A DNA stretch of 64,000 bases from Acidobacteriota bacterium (GTDB lineage: Bacteria > Acidobacteriota > UBA890 > WLXD01): contig CBDBHB010000009.1 of NCBI GenBank assembly GCA_965205505.1, positions 2,496,001 to 2,560,000 on the forward strand. Reading direction: 5' to 3'. How positions within the stretch are numbered: position 1 is the stretch's first letter; every line of letters starts with the position of its first letter. Positions 45,631 through 55,112 of the stretch are shown piece by piece. The position numbers and the translations under genes were made by a program. The notes under the pieces were generated by a model. It searched no databases. It was given only the letters and a program-made list of their open reading frames with translations, and was not told the origin of the DNA.

Positions 45631-46485
45631 ATGGAAGCTGACGATCGAGCTATTCGCCGGCGATCGGTAGCGCGCGCGCTGACCATCGCGGGCTCCGACT
45701 CCGGTGGCGGAGCGGGGATCCAGGCGGACCTCAAGACGTTCGCTGCCTATCGAGTATTCGGGACGTCTGCGGTTACCGCCGTCACCGCGCAGAATACCCT
45801 CGGCGTGGCCGCCGTCAGCATGATGAGCGCTGACCTGGTGCGGGCCCAGGTCGACGCCGTGGTCGACGATATCGGCATCGACGCGGCGAAGACGGGCATG
45901 CTCGGCAGCGCCGCTATCATCGAAGCGGTGGCCGAGGCCGTGCGCCGACATCGTATTGAAGCGCTGATCGTCGACCCGGTGATGGTCGCCACCAGCGGTG
46001 ACCCGCTGCTCGACGTGGACGCGGTCGATGTGCTGCTGCGCGCGCTGCTGCCGCAGGCGGCATGCGTCACCCCCAACCTCGCCGAGGCTGAGGCGCTCGT
46101 CGGCTTTCCGGTTCGGGACGCGGTCAGCATGGTCGCTGCCGGCCGAGCGTTACTCGACATCGGTGCCCGAGCAGCGCTGATCAAAGGTGGGCACTCGAAT
46201 GGAGATGCCGCGGATCTTCTACTTACCCCCGACGGTGAGACCTGGCTCCGAACCGAGCGGATCGACACCCCTCATACGCACGGTACCGGGTGCACGTTGT
46301 CGGCTGCCCTGGCCGCGGGTCTGGCGCGTGGGTGGACGCTACGGCAGGCGGCGCGCTCGGCAAAGCAGTTCGTATACGGGGCGATCATCGGCGCACCGGG
46401 CTTGGGGGGTGGGCACGGCCCACTCTGGCATGGGCACGATCGGCCGGTGTTCGGGCCGGAAAGCACGAAAGCCGCCGACGACTAG
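45631..46485 (+). CDS. thiD: Hydroxymethylpyrimidine/phosphomethylpyrimidine kinase
   Basis: TIAGSDSGGGAGIQADLKT, DPVM, TPNL.EA, KGGH, THGTGCTLS. Confidence 0.97.
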   Translation: MEADDRAIRRRSVARALTIAGSDSGGGAGIQADLKTFAAYRVFGTSAVTAVTAQNTLGVAAVSMMSADLVRAQVDAVVDDIGIDAAKTGMLGSAAIIEAVAEAVRRHRIEALIVDPVMVATSGDPLLDVDAVDVLLRALLPQAACVTPNLAEAEALVGFPVRDAVSMVAAGRALLDIGARAALIKGGHSNGDAADLLLTPDGETWLRTERIDTPHTHGTGCTLSAALAAGLARGWTLRQAARSAKQFVYGAIIGAPGLGGGHGPLWHGHDRPVFGPESTKAADD

Positions 46486-46497
46486 CGTCGGCGGCTT
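46469..46497. terminator. Intrinsic terminator between convergent thiD and tRNA-Ala
   Basis: AAGCCGCCGACG-5 nt-CGTCGGCGGCTT; T-rich tail on - strand. Confidence 0.7.
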
Positions 46498-46503
46498 GAT
46501 GAG

Positions 46504-46576
<73 letters not shown>

Positions 46577-46613
46577 GCCCGGCGGTCCCATTGTAGCGGA
46601 TCTCGGGGGCTGC

Positions 46614-47126
46614 TTAGTTCGCCTCGAGACGGTGGCGCCCTGCGCTTGGATGCCGCATGCACGGTGGTGCTTGCGTAGCGATTTCCTGAGCTGCCGACGA
46701 CTCGTGCGCCTGCGGCTGTGCCTTCAGCTCGGCGATTTCCTCCTGCTTCGCTTCGATCTCCGCCTCCACCGCTGCGATCTGGGCGACGAGCTCGTCATAG
46801 CCCTCGACCCGCGATAGCGTCGGCCGCTTGTCGCTTGTTTTCTGGGCCTCGTAGACCAGTTGTCCGAGCCGTGAGGCGTGCTCAGCGACCTTACGCCGGA
46901 GCCCGTGGATCTCCAACTTGAGCTTGGCGATCTGGCCGCCACGCCGCGTCTCGCTCTCCACCTGGCGGGTGATGTCTTTAATCTCTTGCCAGATGCGATC
47001 GAGGTGCCACGATAGGTCTCGCTTCTCCTCACCGGCGGCCTGAGTACTCCGTGCCTCACCTGAGCTCTGCGCCTGTTCCTGCTCCTGCTCCTGCGTTGTC
47101 GTAGTTTGCTCCGCTTCTGTCATCAT
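46614..47126 (-). CDS. Hypothetical coiled-coil protein
   Basis: GAGG SD, E/Q/K-rich heptads. Confidence 0.7.
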   Translation of the reverse strand: MMTEAEQTTTTQEQEQEQAQSSGEARSTQAAGEEKRDLSWHLDRIWQEIKDITRQVESETRRGGQIAKLKLEIHGLRRKVAEHASRLGQLVYEAQKTSDKRPTLSRVEGYDELVAQIAAVEAEIEAKQEEIAELKAQPQAHESSAAQEIATQAPPCMRHPSAGRHRLEAN

Positions 47127-47282
47127 CAACCCTCAGGGGAAAGGTGTTTGCTGGCGCCCCTGCTATTTAACCACCACCACTAGTGGCCTGTAACAGATGA
47201 TCGTTGCGTATCGTGGTGGCGAAATGGGTCCGGATGCCAGGCGCGACGCTGCCGGTGACCGAAGCGGTGGTTGCCGAGCCGC

Positions 47283-48581
47283 TCATCGGACTGCTCCGGC
47301 GCGCTCGAGGTCGGCTACGAGGTCGTTGCGAGCCTCGATGCCGACCGAGAGGCGCAACAGCGCGTCGTCGATACCAGCGGCCACCCGCGCGTGCGGGTCC
47401 ATCACCGCGTGGGTCATCGACGTCGGATGCGCCACGAGGCTCTCCACGCCACCCAGTGACTCGGCCAGCGCGAAATGTTCAAGACCGTCGACGAACGCTG
47501 CCGCAGCGGCCTTGCCGCCTGCCAGCTCGAAGCTCACGAGACTACCCCAACCGCGCTGCTGCCGCGCCGCAACAGCGTGACCGCAGTGGCCAGCGAGCCC
47601 CGGGTAGTGGACCCGCACGACGCTGTCGTGCGAATCGAGCATCTCGGCGACCGCCGTAGCGTTCTCCTGGTGGACCCGTACCCGTGCATCGAGCGTGCGG
47701 AGGCCGCGAAGAGTCAGATAGCTATCGAACGGGCTGCCGGAGAGGCCGAGGCAGTTGGCCCACCACGCAAGCTCCTCGAGAACGGCGGGATCCGCCGCCG
47801 CAGCGACACCGCCAACGACGTCGCTGTGACCGTTGATGAACTTGGTCGTAGAATGCACCACGATGTCGACGCCGTGGTCGATCGGCCGTTGCAGTGCCGG
47901 CGATAGCAGCGTGTTGTCGACCACGACCAGCGCTTCGCAGGAGCGTGCCGCAAGCGATAGCTCCGCAAGATCCGTGATTCGCAGCAGCGGATTGCTCGGC
48001 GTTTCGACCCAGATCATGCGCGGCTGCTGCGCAACGCAGGCCGCGATCCCACTGACATCGGTGAGGTCGGCGAACTGGACCCGAAACGCGCCGCGCTCGG
48101 CCAGCTTGCTGGCGAGCCGATGCGTACCGCCGTAGCAGTCGTTGGTGACGATCAGCAGATCGTCTGGTCGCAACAGCTGCAGCACCAACGTGACCGCCGA
48201 CATGCCGGAAGAGGTAACGACCGCGCCCGAGGCATTCTCGAGTTGCGCGATGGCACCGGCAAGCTGATCACGCGTCGGGTTCGATGTCCGCGTGTAGTCG
48301 TGCTCGCGCTTTCGCCCGAGGCCCTCGAAGGTAAAGTTCGCCGACAAGTGTAGCGGCGGCATGACGGCGCCATGCTCGCGGTCGGAACCGATCGCCGCGC
48401 GGACCGCGCGCGTCACGTGCGACACCGGAGCCCAAGTGTTGCCCCGGGGTCTGAGCAGCTCGGACAGCGCCGGTCCGGCCTTCTCCAGGTCAGCCAGAGG
48501 AGTGGGTGAGGAACCACTGGCGCAGAACGCATCGTCGCTGGAGGCACTATCGAGGGCTGCAGAAGCCGGGGTGAGGGTCAT
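47283..48581 (-). CDS. metB: Cystathionine gamma-synthase
   Basis: YTRTSNPTR, SGMSA, ETPSNP, DNT, HSTTKFINGHSDV, SLGGVESL; under a SAM-I riboswitch. Confidence 0.88.
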   Translation of the reverse strand: MTLTPASAALDSASSDDAFCASGSSPTPLADLEKAGPALSELLRPRGNTWAPVSHVTRAVRAAIGSDREHGAVMPPLHLSANFTFEGLGRKREHDYTRTSNPTRDQLAGAIAQLENASGAVVTSSGMSAVTLVLQLLRPDDLLIVTNDCYGGTHRLASKLAERGAFRVQFADLTDVSGIAACVAQQPRMIWVETPSNPLLRITDLAELSLAARSCEALVVVDNTLLSPALQRPIDHGVDIVVHSTTKFINGHSDVVGGVAAAADPAVLEELAWWANCLGLSGSPFDSYLTLRGLRTLDARVRVHQENATAVAEMLDSHDSVVRVHYPGLAGHCGHAVAARQQRGWGSLVSFELAGGKAAAAAFVDGLEHFALAESLGGVESLVAHPTSMTHAVMDPHARVAAGIDDALLRLSVGIEARNDLVADLERAGAVR

Positions 48582-48661
48582 CTCGTTTCTCCTCTGGAAG
48601 GTTGGCTCGGTGCCAACCCCCAGAGAGCCGAGACGCACCGGAAAGGCGTGAATGACACCCC

Positions 48662-48780
48662 CTCATCTTTCGGCGGACCGATAGCCCCCCGTAGGAGTTG
48701 GCACCACGCCGAGGGCTCGGATCGCCGTCAGCAGGTTGCCCCGGCTTCAAAGGGCCTGTCCCTCAGCCGGTCTCGATGAG
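48662..48780 (-). promoter_or_regulatory. SAM-I (S-box) riboswitch
   Basis: CTCATC..GAGGGA.AGGCCC..TGAAGCC..GCAACC...GGTGCCAACTCC...GAAAGATGAG upstream of metB. Confidence 0.95.
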
Positions 48781-49341
48781 TGTGGTGAAGGTAGCAGAAA
48801 CGCGGGCGGCCCAGCAACTACGTTGCGAGACGAGGACCTGGGCTCAGGGAACCCAGGGTCGCGATGCCCTGGAAAGCCAGGTTACATCCTTGCGTAAGTC
48901 AGCAAGTCACCGGTCCATGTTTCGTCATAGGCTTCGAACTGGGGCGTGCCACTGCCGATCGGTACCTCGCGAGGCGTGCAAGGAGATGACAGGTCATGCC
49001 AGTCTCTCGACCCCGTTGTGCCGGAACAGGCGTTGTGGTCTCGAGCCCTGAGGCAGAGTGCTGGCGCGACTGGGTACGCTACCGCCTTCGAGTTCGAGAC
49101 CCTCTTGGAGTTTGTCTAAGAGGAAGCGGCCTGATCCATGCGGACAATCCTCAAGGACGGACCGCGGACGATTCGATACAAGAGCTGATCGCTGAGATCC
49201 AAAGGAAGGTCGCGCGCTGCGCCGGCGGGTCGCCGACGCGCTTGGGCTCATGCACGTTCCTGCCGTCGGGGCCGTTGCGGTTGAACGACTGAGCTGCAGC
49301 CGGACGGCACGGTGGGCCACCCTCCCGCGCTCTGTCGTTTC

Positions 49342-49398
49342 GCTTGCACCGACGCGGTCCTACCCGGCAAACTCAGGCACGACTTTCGGCGCACCGCG
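49342..49398 (+). pseudogene. Tyrosine recombinase/integrase relic (catalytic H-x-x-R box)
   Basis: Translates ACTDAVLPGKLRHDFRRTA; frame closes at 49430, just before selC. Confidence 0.65.
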
Positions 49399-49439
49399 AG
49401 TCTCCGTAAATGCGTGGTTCCAAACGGTTAGGATCGCGC

Positions 49440-49537
49440 GGAAGCGAATAGGGTCTGGTGGCCTTCGCGGACTTCAAATCCGTTGGGGGGCGTCGGAAGG
49501 CGTCCTTGCTGGGTTCGATTCCCAGGCGCTTCCGCCA
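49440..49537 (+). tRNA. selC: tRNA-Sec (UCA anticodon)
   Basis: GGAAG start, 6-bp D stem with 4-nt loop, CTTCAAA loop, long variable arm, TTCGATT loop, G discriminator and CCA. Confidence 0.95.
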
Positions 49538-49694
49538 TTTCTTTCTGCCATGTTTTCAGCGACTTACGCCACCTGCTGCAATCGCGACATAGCCGACAAG
49601 GTGTCTCTTGCGCTGCCATGCGCTGTCTGCGTGGTACGAATCGTGGTACGGATGGTCACGATCACGCACTGAGCCTCAAACGCCGAGGCGCTTG

Positions 49695-49749
49695 GAGCGT
49701 GGGCCTGAAAAGCCCTGCGTCGGTGGTTCAATTCCGCCCGATCCCACCA
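49695..49749 (+). other. 3' fragment of tRNA-Phe(GAA), att-site-like
   Basis: GGGC-CTGAAAA-GCCC arm, GGTGG-TTCAATT-CCGCC T arm, CGATCCCACCA end; no matching 5' acceptor strand or D arm. Confidence 0.75.
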
Positions 49750-49828
49750 TTAAATCCTTGCCCTGTAAGGGGTTACGGGAGATCGCGAGAACGCGCTTCG
49801 TCACTCCCGGGCGGACAGATCAGCATAG

Positions 49829-50251
49829 ATGAGCAAGATCTTCTTCTACGGCCTGTTCATGGATCGGTCGCTTCTCACAGAGAAGGGTCTCCACCCTGAA
49901 ACTGTTGGGCCAGCAGTGCTTTCCGGCTACCGAATCCACATCGGCGAGCGAGCGACATTGCTGCCATCCGGTTCGAGTCGGGCCTATGGAATCGTGATGG
50001 AGCTGTCGGACCAAGAAGCTCGCGCGCTCTACTCGGAACCGAGTGTTCGCGAGTACAAGCGAGAGCGCGTCCAGGTGGAGCTGTTGGCGAGCAACGCGGT
50101 TGTCGAAGCCTACTGCTACAATCTGCCTCGCGAGTTAGGCCTAGCCGGGGCGAATCCAGCGTACGCGAACGAGCTTGCGCGGCTAGTTGAGGCTCTACAT
50201 TTCGATTTGGCGTATGCCCAAGAGATCGCAGCGTTCGGGGAGAACTCGTAG
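49829..50251 (+). CDS. Gamma-glutamylcyclotransferase/AIG2-like protein
   Basis: FFYGLFMD, L.GYR, RATL.P, Y.R..V.V. Confidence 0.8.
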   Translation: MSKIFFYGLFMDRSLLTEKGLHPETVGPAVLSGYRIHIGERATLLPSGSSRAYGIVMELSDQEARALYSEPSVREYKRERVQVELLASNAVVEAYCYNLPRELGLAGANPAYANELARLVEALHFDLAYAQEIAAFGENS

Positions 50252-50430
50252 TTTCACATCGGCAGGCCCCCTGTGAGACTAGGCTGAATTACTCCGGAAT
50301 CTCCTCCCGAGGCTTTCGCCACCCAGGTCCCAACATTCCTTTGCTAGCAAATGTTGCTAGCTGGAAGGCCTAGAGTCCTACGGTCGTTTCCTAGATTCGA
50401 CGCCGAACTCGGGCACGGGGCTCCTGTCGA

Positions 50431-51064
50431 CCGCATCATCGGGGTGGTGGCCGGCAACCGCCACCGCGGACTCGACCAGCCCATCGAGCCCGAAGTGTTC
50501 ACCGTATTCGACCAGAGCCCGTGGGGAACGCTGTCGTTCGTGTTGCGAACGAAAGGCGATGCGCTGGCTCTGGCGCTGGCGGCACGGAGCGAGCTCTGGG
50601 CCATCGATGCCGACCTGCCGATCGCCTCGCTCGGAGCTCTCGGCGCGCATGTGCAGGGCACCACCCGGGCGCGGCACTTCAACCTCACGTTGCTCGGACT
50701 GTTCGCCGGCGTCGCCCTGATTCTCGCGGTCACTGGACTGTCCGGCGTGATCTCGTACTGGGTCACGCAGCAGACGCGGGAGATCGGCGTGAGAATGGCC
50801 CTCGGAGCCCGCAGCACCGATGTCATGCGTATGATCATGGCCCGTACCGGGCTGATGATCGGCGCCGGCATTACCCTGGGTGTGCTCGGCGCGCTAGCGC
50901 TGACGCGGTTGATGTCGAGCCTGCTCTACGGCGTCAACAGCAGCGACCCGACAACGTTCGCGACAGTAGCGTCGCTGCTGTTGGTGGTGGCGTTCATTGC
51001 CAGCGCCGCTCCGGCTCACCGAGCGACGAGGATCGATCCCATCGAAGCGTTGCGCGACCACTGA
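50431..51064 (+). pseudogene. C-terminal fragment of FtsX/MacB-like (ADOP-type) ABC permease
   Basis: IIGVV, GVISY.V.Q.TREIGVRMALGA, DP.TF, RATRIDPIEALR; N-terminal three quarters missing. Confidence 0.8.
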
Positions 51065-51089
51065 CGGCCGATCCGGGCGGCGCCTTCGC

Positions 51090-51120
51090 GTCGGCTCGTC
51101 AGAGCGGCGGGCGAGCCGAC
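51090..51120. terminator. Hairpin between convergent genes
   Basis: GTCGGCTCGTC-9 nt-GGCGAGCCGAC; no U tail. Confidence 0.4.
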
Positions 51121-51130
51121 AATGGCTCGA

Positions 51131-53884
51131 CTACGGCGAGCCGCCGCGCAACCGACTCGGGCGCAGCCGTATTCGGCGCAGCGATATCGGTTTTCGGTGA
51201 CCGGATTTACCTACGAGCACGTGGGCGCGCCGCGGCCCCACCCGTTCGGCGGCGGCACCCGGCCCGAGGCCGCGCATGCCGATCATCGCGTACCTGCTAA
51301 CCGAGTCCCCGGCGCTGAGCGAAGCGCCCAGGTCACGCAGTGCCGCCGCCACGACTGGCGACACTCGCAGCCCTACCGGGTAGCGAATGCCGAGGGCCAC
51401 CACGCCGCCTTCGGGCACCGAGTCGAGAAACGCGATGAGCTCGTCTTCCTGGAAGCTACCCGCAAGGAACGTGGCCTGATCGCGGACCTCGTCACCGCCA
51501 CTACCGAGGTCATAGATCTGGATGCCGAACTGGCTCATGGCGTCGCGCCACACGTCGTTGATTGCCAGGAGGATACTTCTGGCCTGTGCGTCGATGAGCA
51601 CGTCGGCGCGCAATCGACGCCCGCTGGTGCCGATCTCCGGTCCGGCAGCGGTGGCGTCGAGAACATAGCCGCTGTTCCACGACAGAGTCGCCGTACCGTC
51701 CGTGTCGAACTCTTCCGCATCGGGAACCGGCAACTCGAACCGGCGCCAATCAAGACCCAACTCGAGTTGCTGCTGCGGCGCGTCGCCCCACGCGACGTTC
51801 AGCACGGGCAAGCGATCCGCGGCCGGCGCTTCCACGCGCGCCTGAAAGACGATGGCGTTGGCGGCGCGCAGCTGTGATCGGGCGAAGCGACGGGACACCT
51901 CGTAGCCGGCGGCGTGGGCTCGTCGCACCTCGAACACCAGCACGTCGTCGAGGCGCTTCACCAGGGCCAGGTTGCGCCGATCGGCAAGCAGTCGAGGCGC
52001 CAGCTCGCGCTCGAAGTCATCGCCGTACTCGTTGCCATGGACGATCAGATAATCCACCGGGAAGCGGCGCCGTAGGGTTTCGAAGAACTCGTCGCTGAGA
52101 TCCCCCGTCCTCGTCAGCGCCTCCCAGGATGCCGGGGCGAAGCCACTGTAGCCGTTCACCAGCGGCAGGAAGTGCAGCGTCGAGCCGAGCATGTAGCGCA
52201 CGCCGCGGATCAGATCGCCGCGCGGCGGTAGCGGCGCGTGCACGACCGACGTGCCCTCCGGCTGCCCCGCCAGCCACACGTCGGTCGGCGATGCGGACGG
52301 CACCTCTACCGCCGGTAGCGGCCAAACCCGATACTCGAACAGCAGCGTCGCCGAGAGCAGCGCGACGGCGGCGACCCGCAGGCGACGCCAGGTTCCGATG
52401 GCCAGCCGTGCCCGGAGGAGCTCACGTCCCGCCGCCAGGCCGAAACCCACCATGGCAGCAAAGAACAGCATCCAGAGCAACCCGAATCGGCCGGCGGCCC
52501 GGATGCTGCGGTACGGCAGCGCCAGCTCGTGTAGAAGGCGATATGGCCCCATGCCCAGGTCGGTGTCCACGCCGGAGACAGTCGGCCCGAAGGCGAGAAG
52601 ATAGCTGATCAGCATCATGAACCCGAGGATGGCGTAGTGGGCCGCCGGCAATCGCAGCGCACGCCCCAACCGCAGCCACAGCCACACCGTTAGCGCCGCG
52701 GTGACGCCGAGCCACAACGATGGGTGCACCGTTTGGCAGAGAGCTAGAACCGGCTCGAACAACTGTGGGCGCGCCCCCCACTGCGCCACGAGAATCCCTG
52801 CCGCATGCAGTAGACCGAGCAGCGCGCTGAGGGCAAGCGACGCCCGCAGGGCCCAACCCCACCGCGCCGGCGACCGCTGACCGGCCACCGGGGACGCGGC
52901 GTCGAACCCCGGCCAGCGCTAGCGCAGCACCCGTGGCAGCAGCACGACGACACCGGCGATGAACAAGACCCAGGGCAGTACTCCGGCGAAGAAGTTGGCC
53001 TCGGTTCGGTAGTAGGTGGCGGTGAGGGCCCGCATATGGGGCGCCCGGTTGTGCCAACTAGGCGCGATGTAGGATTGGATTTGCGCGCCGCCGACCTGGC
53101 GCAGGCCGCGCTCGAAACCTTCGGCGTCACTAACCCACATGTACGGCAGACTGATGGGCACGACTAGGACCGCGGCGACGGCCACTGCGATGGCGGCGTC
53201 TTGCAGCATGCGGCGGCCGATGACGAGGTGCCCCGCCGCCCGACGGTGCACGAGCAGCAGCCCGGTGTAGATGATCGCGAACGGCAGGAACATGAGCCCG
53301 AGGTAGATCCCCGACAGGTACTGCAAGCCGAACAGGCCGCCGGCCGCCACGGCGTATCGTCTTCGGCCGGTGTCGAAGTACCGAGCGATGGCAAGTAGCG
53401 TGAAGGGGATCCACTGACCGGTGAGTAGCTGCAGGTGGGCCAAGTGGTCGAACTTGACCGGGGCGAAGGCCCAGATGGTACCGGCGACGAGCCCTGCGAA
53501 TAGGTTGCCGGAGATCGCCCGCACCCACAGGGCAGTCGCAACGCCGGAGAGCAGAAACGAGGCGAACAGCACGACGTTGTACGCTAGCAGCGGCTTGCCC
53601 CACCAGTTCAGCGGCGCCACGGGGATGGCGGAGCCGAGCATGTTCTCCGAAAACGCCAATGTGCGTTCGTGCGGAAAGAAGATGTTGGCGTTGAACAACT
53701 CCAGCGGCTTGTGCAGGATGGCGTGCGCATCCCAGGCCAGGATCCAGGTGTTCAGTGCCGTATCCCGGAGCTCGTTAAGCATCGAGTCGGGTCGTGTCCA
53801 GATCGGATACGTGAAGAGCAGCGACAGCAGAAAGAAGAACGCGACGATCAGAAAAACGTGCCCGTGATCACCTGGCTTGCGCAC
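51131..53884 (-). pseudogene. GT-C/YfhO-like polytopic glycosyltransferase with C-terminal ILEI-like domain, interrupted by one in-frame TAG at 52921-52919
   Basis: ORFs 52919-53884 and 51131-52888 share a frame; WILAWDAH..NANIFFP..TLAFSE before the stop, IRAAGRF and PLVNGYSGF after it. Confidence 0.75.
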
Positions 53885-54095
53885 GTCGCGTTACTCCGGT
53901 CGCGGAGCACCTTCGCCCCCGTGTCGGCGAACCCGGGTCGAGCGGTGGACGCGCGGGGGCCGTATGCTATTCGGATCGCCCCGGCCGGCCCGTGCCCGAC
54001 CAGGGCGCCAGGCGGCCGTCGGCACGACGACTCGAGGGCAAGACCGGGCCACCGGACAGGTGCTTGGTCAGGCCCGTGAGACAGGATATCAGGCT

Positions 54096-54875
54096 GTGCT
54101 GTTTTAGGTGATCCCAGTCTACAACGAGCGCGCAACGATCGAGGAGCTCCTGCGTCGGGTGCAGGCGTCGCCGATCCCGAAGGAGGTGGTGCTCGTCGAC
54201 GACGGCTCCACCGATGGCACGCGGGAGCTCCTGGAGCTTCTCGCTACCGACGCCGAGGCGTCTCGCTCCGCCGCGGACGAAAGCTCCCAACGCGCTACGG
54301 TGGGCGACGGTTCGGGCCGAGCTGAGGCGCCGCGCGAATGGCGATTCGATGTCAGCAACATCCGCGTGCTGTTCCACGATCACAACCAGGGCAAGGGTGC
54401 CGCGCTCCGCACCGGCTTCGGACTCGCGCGCGGCGACGTTATCCTCATCCAGGACGCCGACCTGGAGTACGACCCGCAGGATTACGATCGGCTGCTGCAA
54501 CCGATTCGCGACGGGCTTGCCGACGTGGTGTTCGGGTCGCGCTTTCACGGCGGCCCGCACCGCGTGCTGTACTACTGGCACTCGGTCGGCAACTGGGTGC
54601 TGACGACGCTGTCGAACATGCTGACCAACGTCAACCTCGGCGACGTGTGGACCTGCTACAAGGCCTTCAAGGCCGACGTGCTGCCGCATCTACGCCTCAC
54701 CGAGGATCGATTTGGCTTCGAGGTCCAGATCACCGCCGATGTGGCCCATGCCAAGCTGCGCATCTACGAGGTGCCGATCTCCTACCACGGGCGCACCTAC
54801 GAGGAGGGCAAGAAGATCACCTGGCGCGACGGCATCAAGGCCCTCTGGCAGACGCTACGACACAATCTGCGCTAG
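54096..54875 (+). CDS. GT2 polyprenol-phosphate glycosyltransferase (DPM/ArnC-like); TAG at codon 4, alternative GTG start at 54108
   Basis: VIPVYNE, VDDGSTDGT, NQGKGAA, IQDADLEYDP.D, GSRF, TCYK, EGKKI.WRDG. Confidence 0.85.
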
Positions 54876-54904
54876 CGGCGGTGCGGCAGCCTGAATCATG
54901 AACC

Positions 54905-54959
54905 CGGATTCCACCTTAGCTGTGACCAAAACCTGTCCAAAGGATGGGGTCCATCTCTA
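54905..54959 (+). mobile_element. Possible orphan IS3-family right end
   Basis: CCACCTTA...CTGTCCAAAGGATGGGGTCCATCTCTA resembles IS3-family IRR sequences as I recall them; no transposase nearby. Confidence 0.5.
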
Positions 54960-55112
54960 CCCACAAGCCCGAGTCTTTCTCGTTTTCGACGAACCAGAGT
55001 TGGGGTATAGCTCAACTGCCGATTCTATGAGTTACGAAGTGGCCCAAACACTTGGGGCAGGTCAGAACCATGTGATCGGTAGCGTCTTCCGCTTCTTCGG
55101 CGAGCCCATGTC

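Noticed and set aside
48996-49320. Short ORFs between the riboswitch and selC
   Set aside because: No recognisable motifs; probably decayed DNA
49695-49749. Functional tRNA-Phe gene
   Set aside because: No 5' acceptor strand or D arm; kept only as a fragment
50340-50361. Palindrome TTTGCTAGCAAA and nearby CTAG cluster
   Set aside because: Too short to assign as an operator or element end without comparative data
52919-54107. Genome-wide TAG reassignment or Sec decoding of the internal stops
   Set aside because: TAG ends conserved genes at their normal lengths, and tRNA-Sec reads UGA, not UAG
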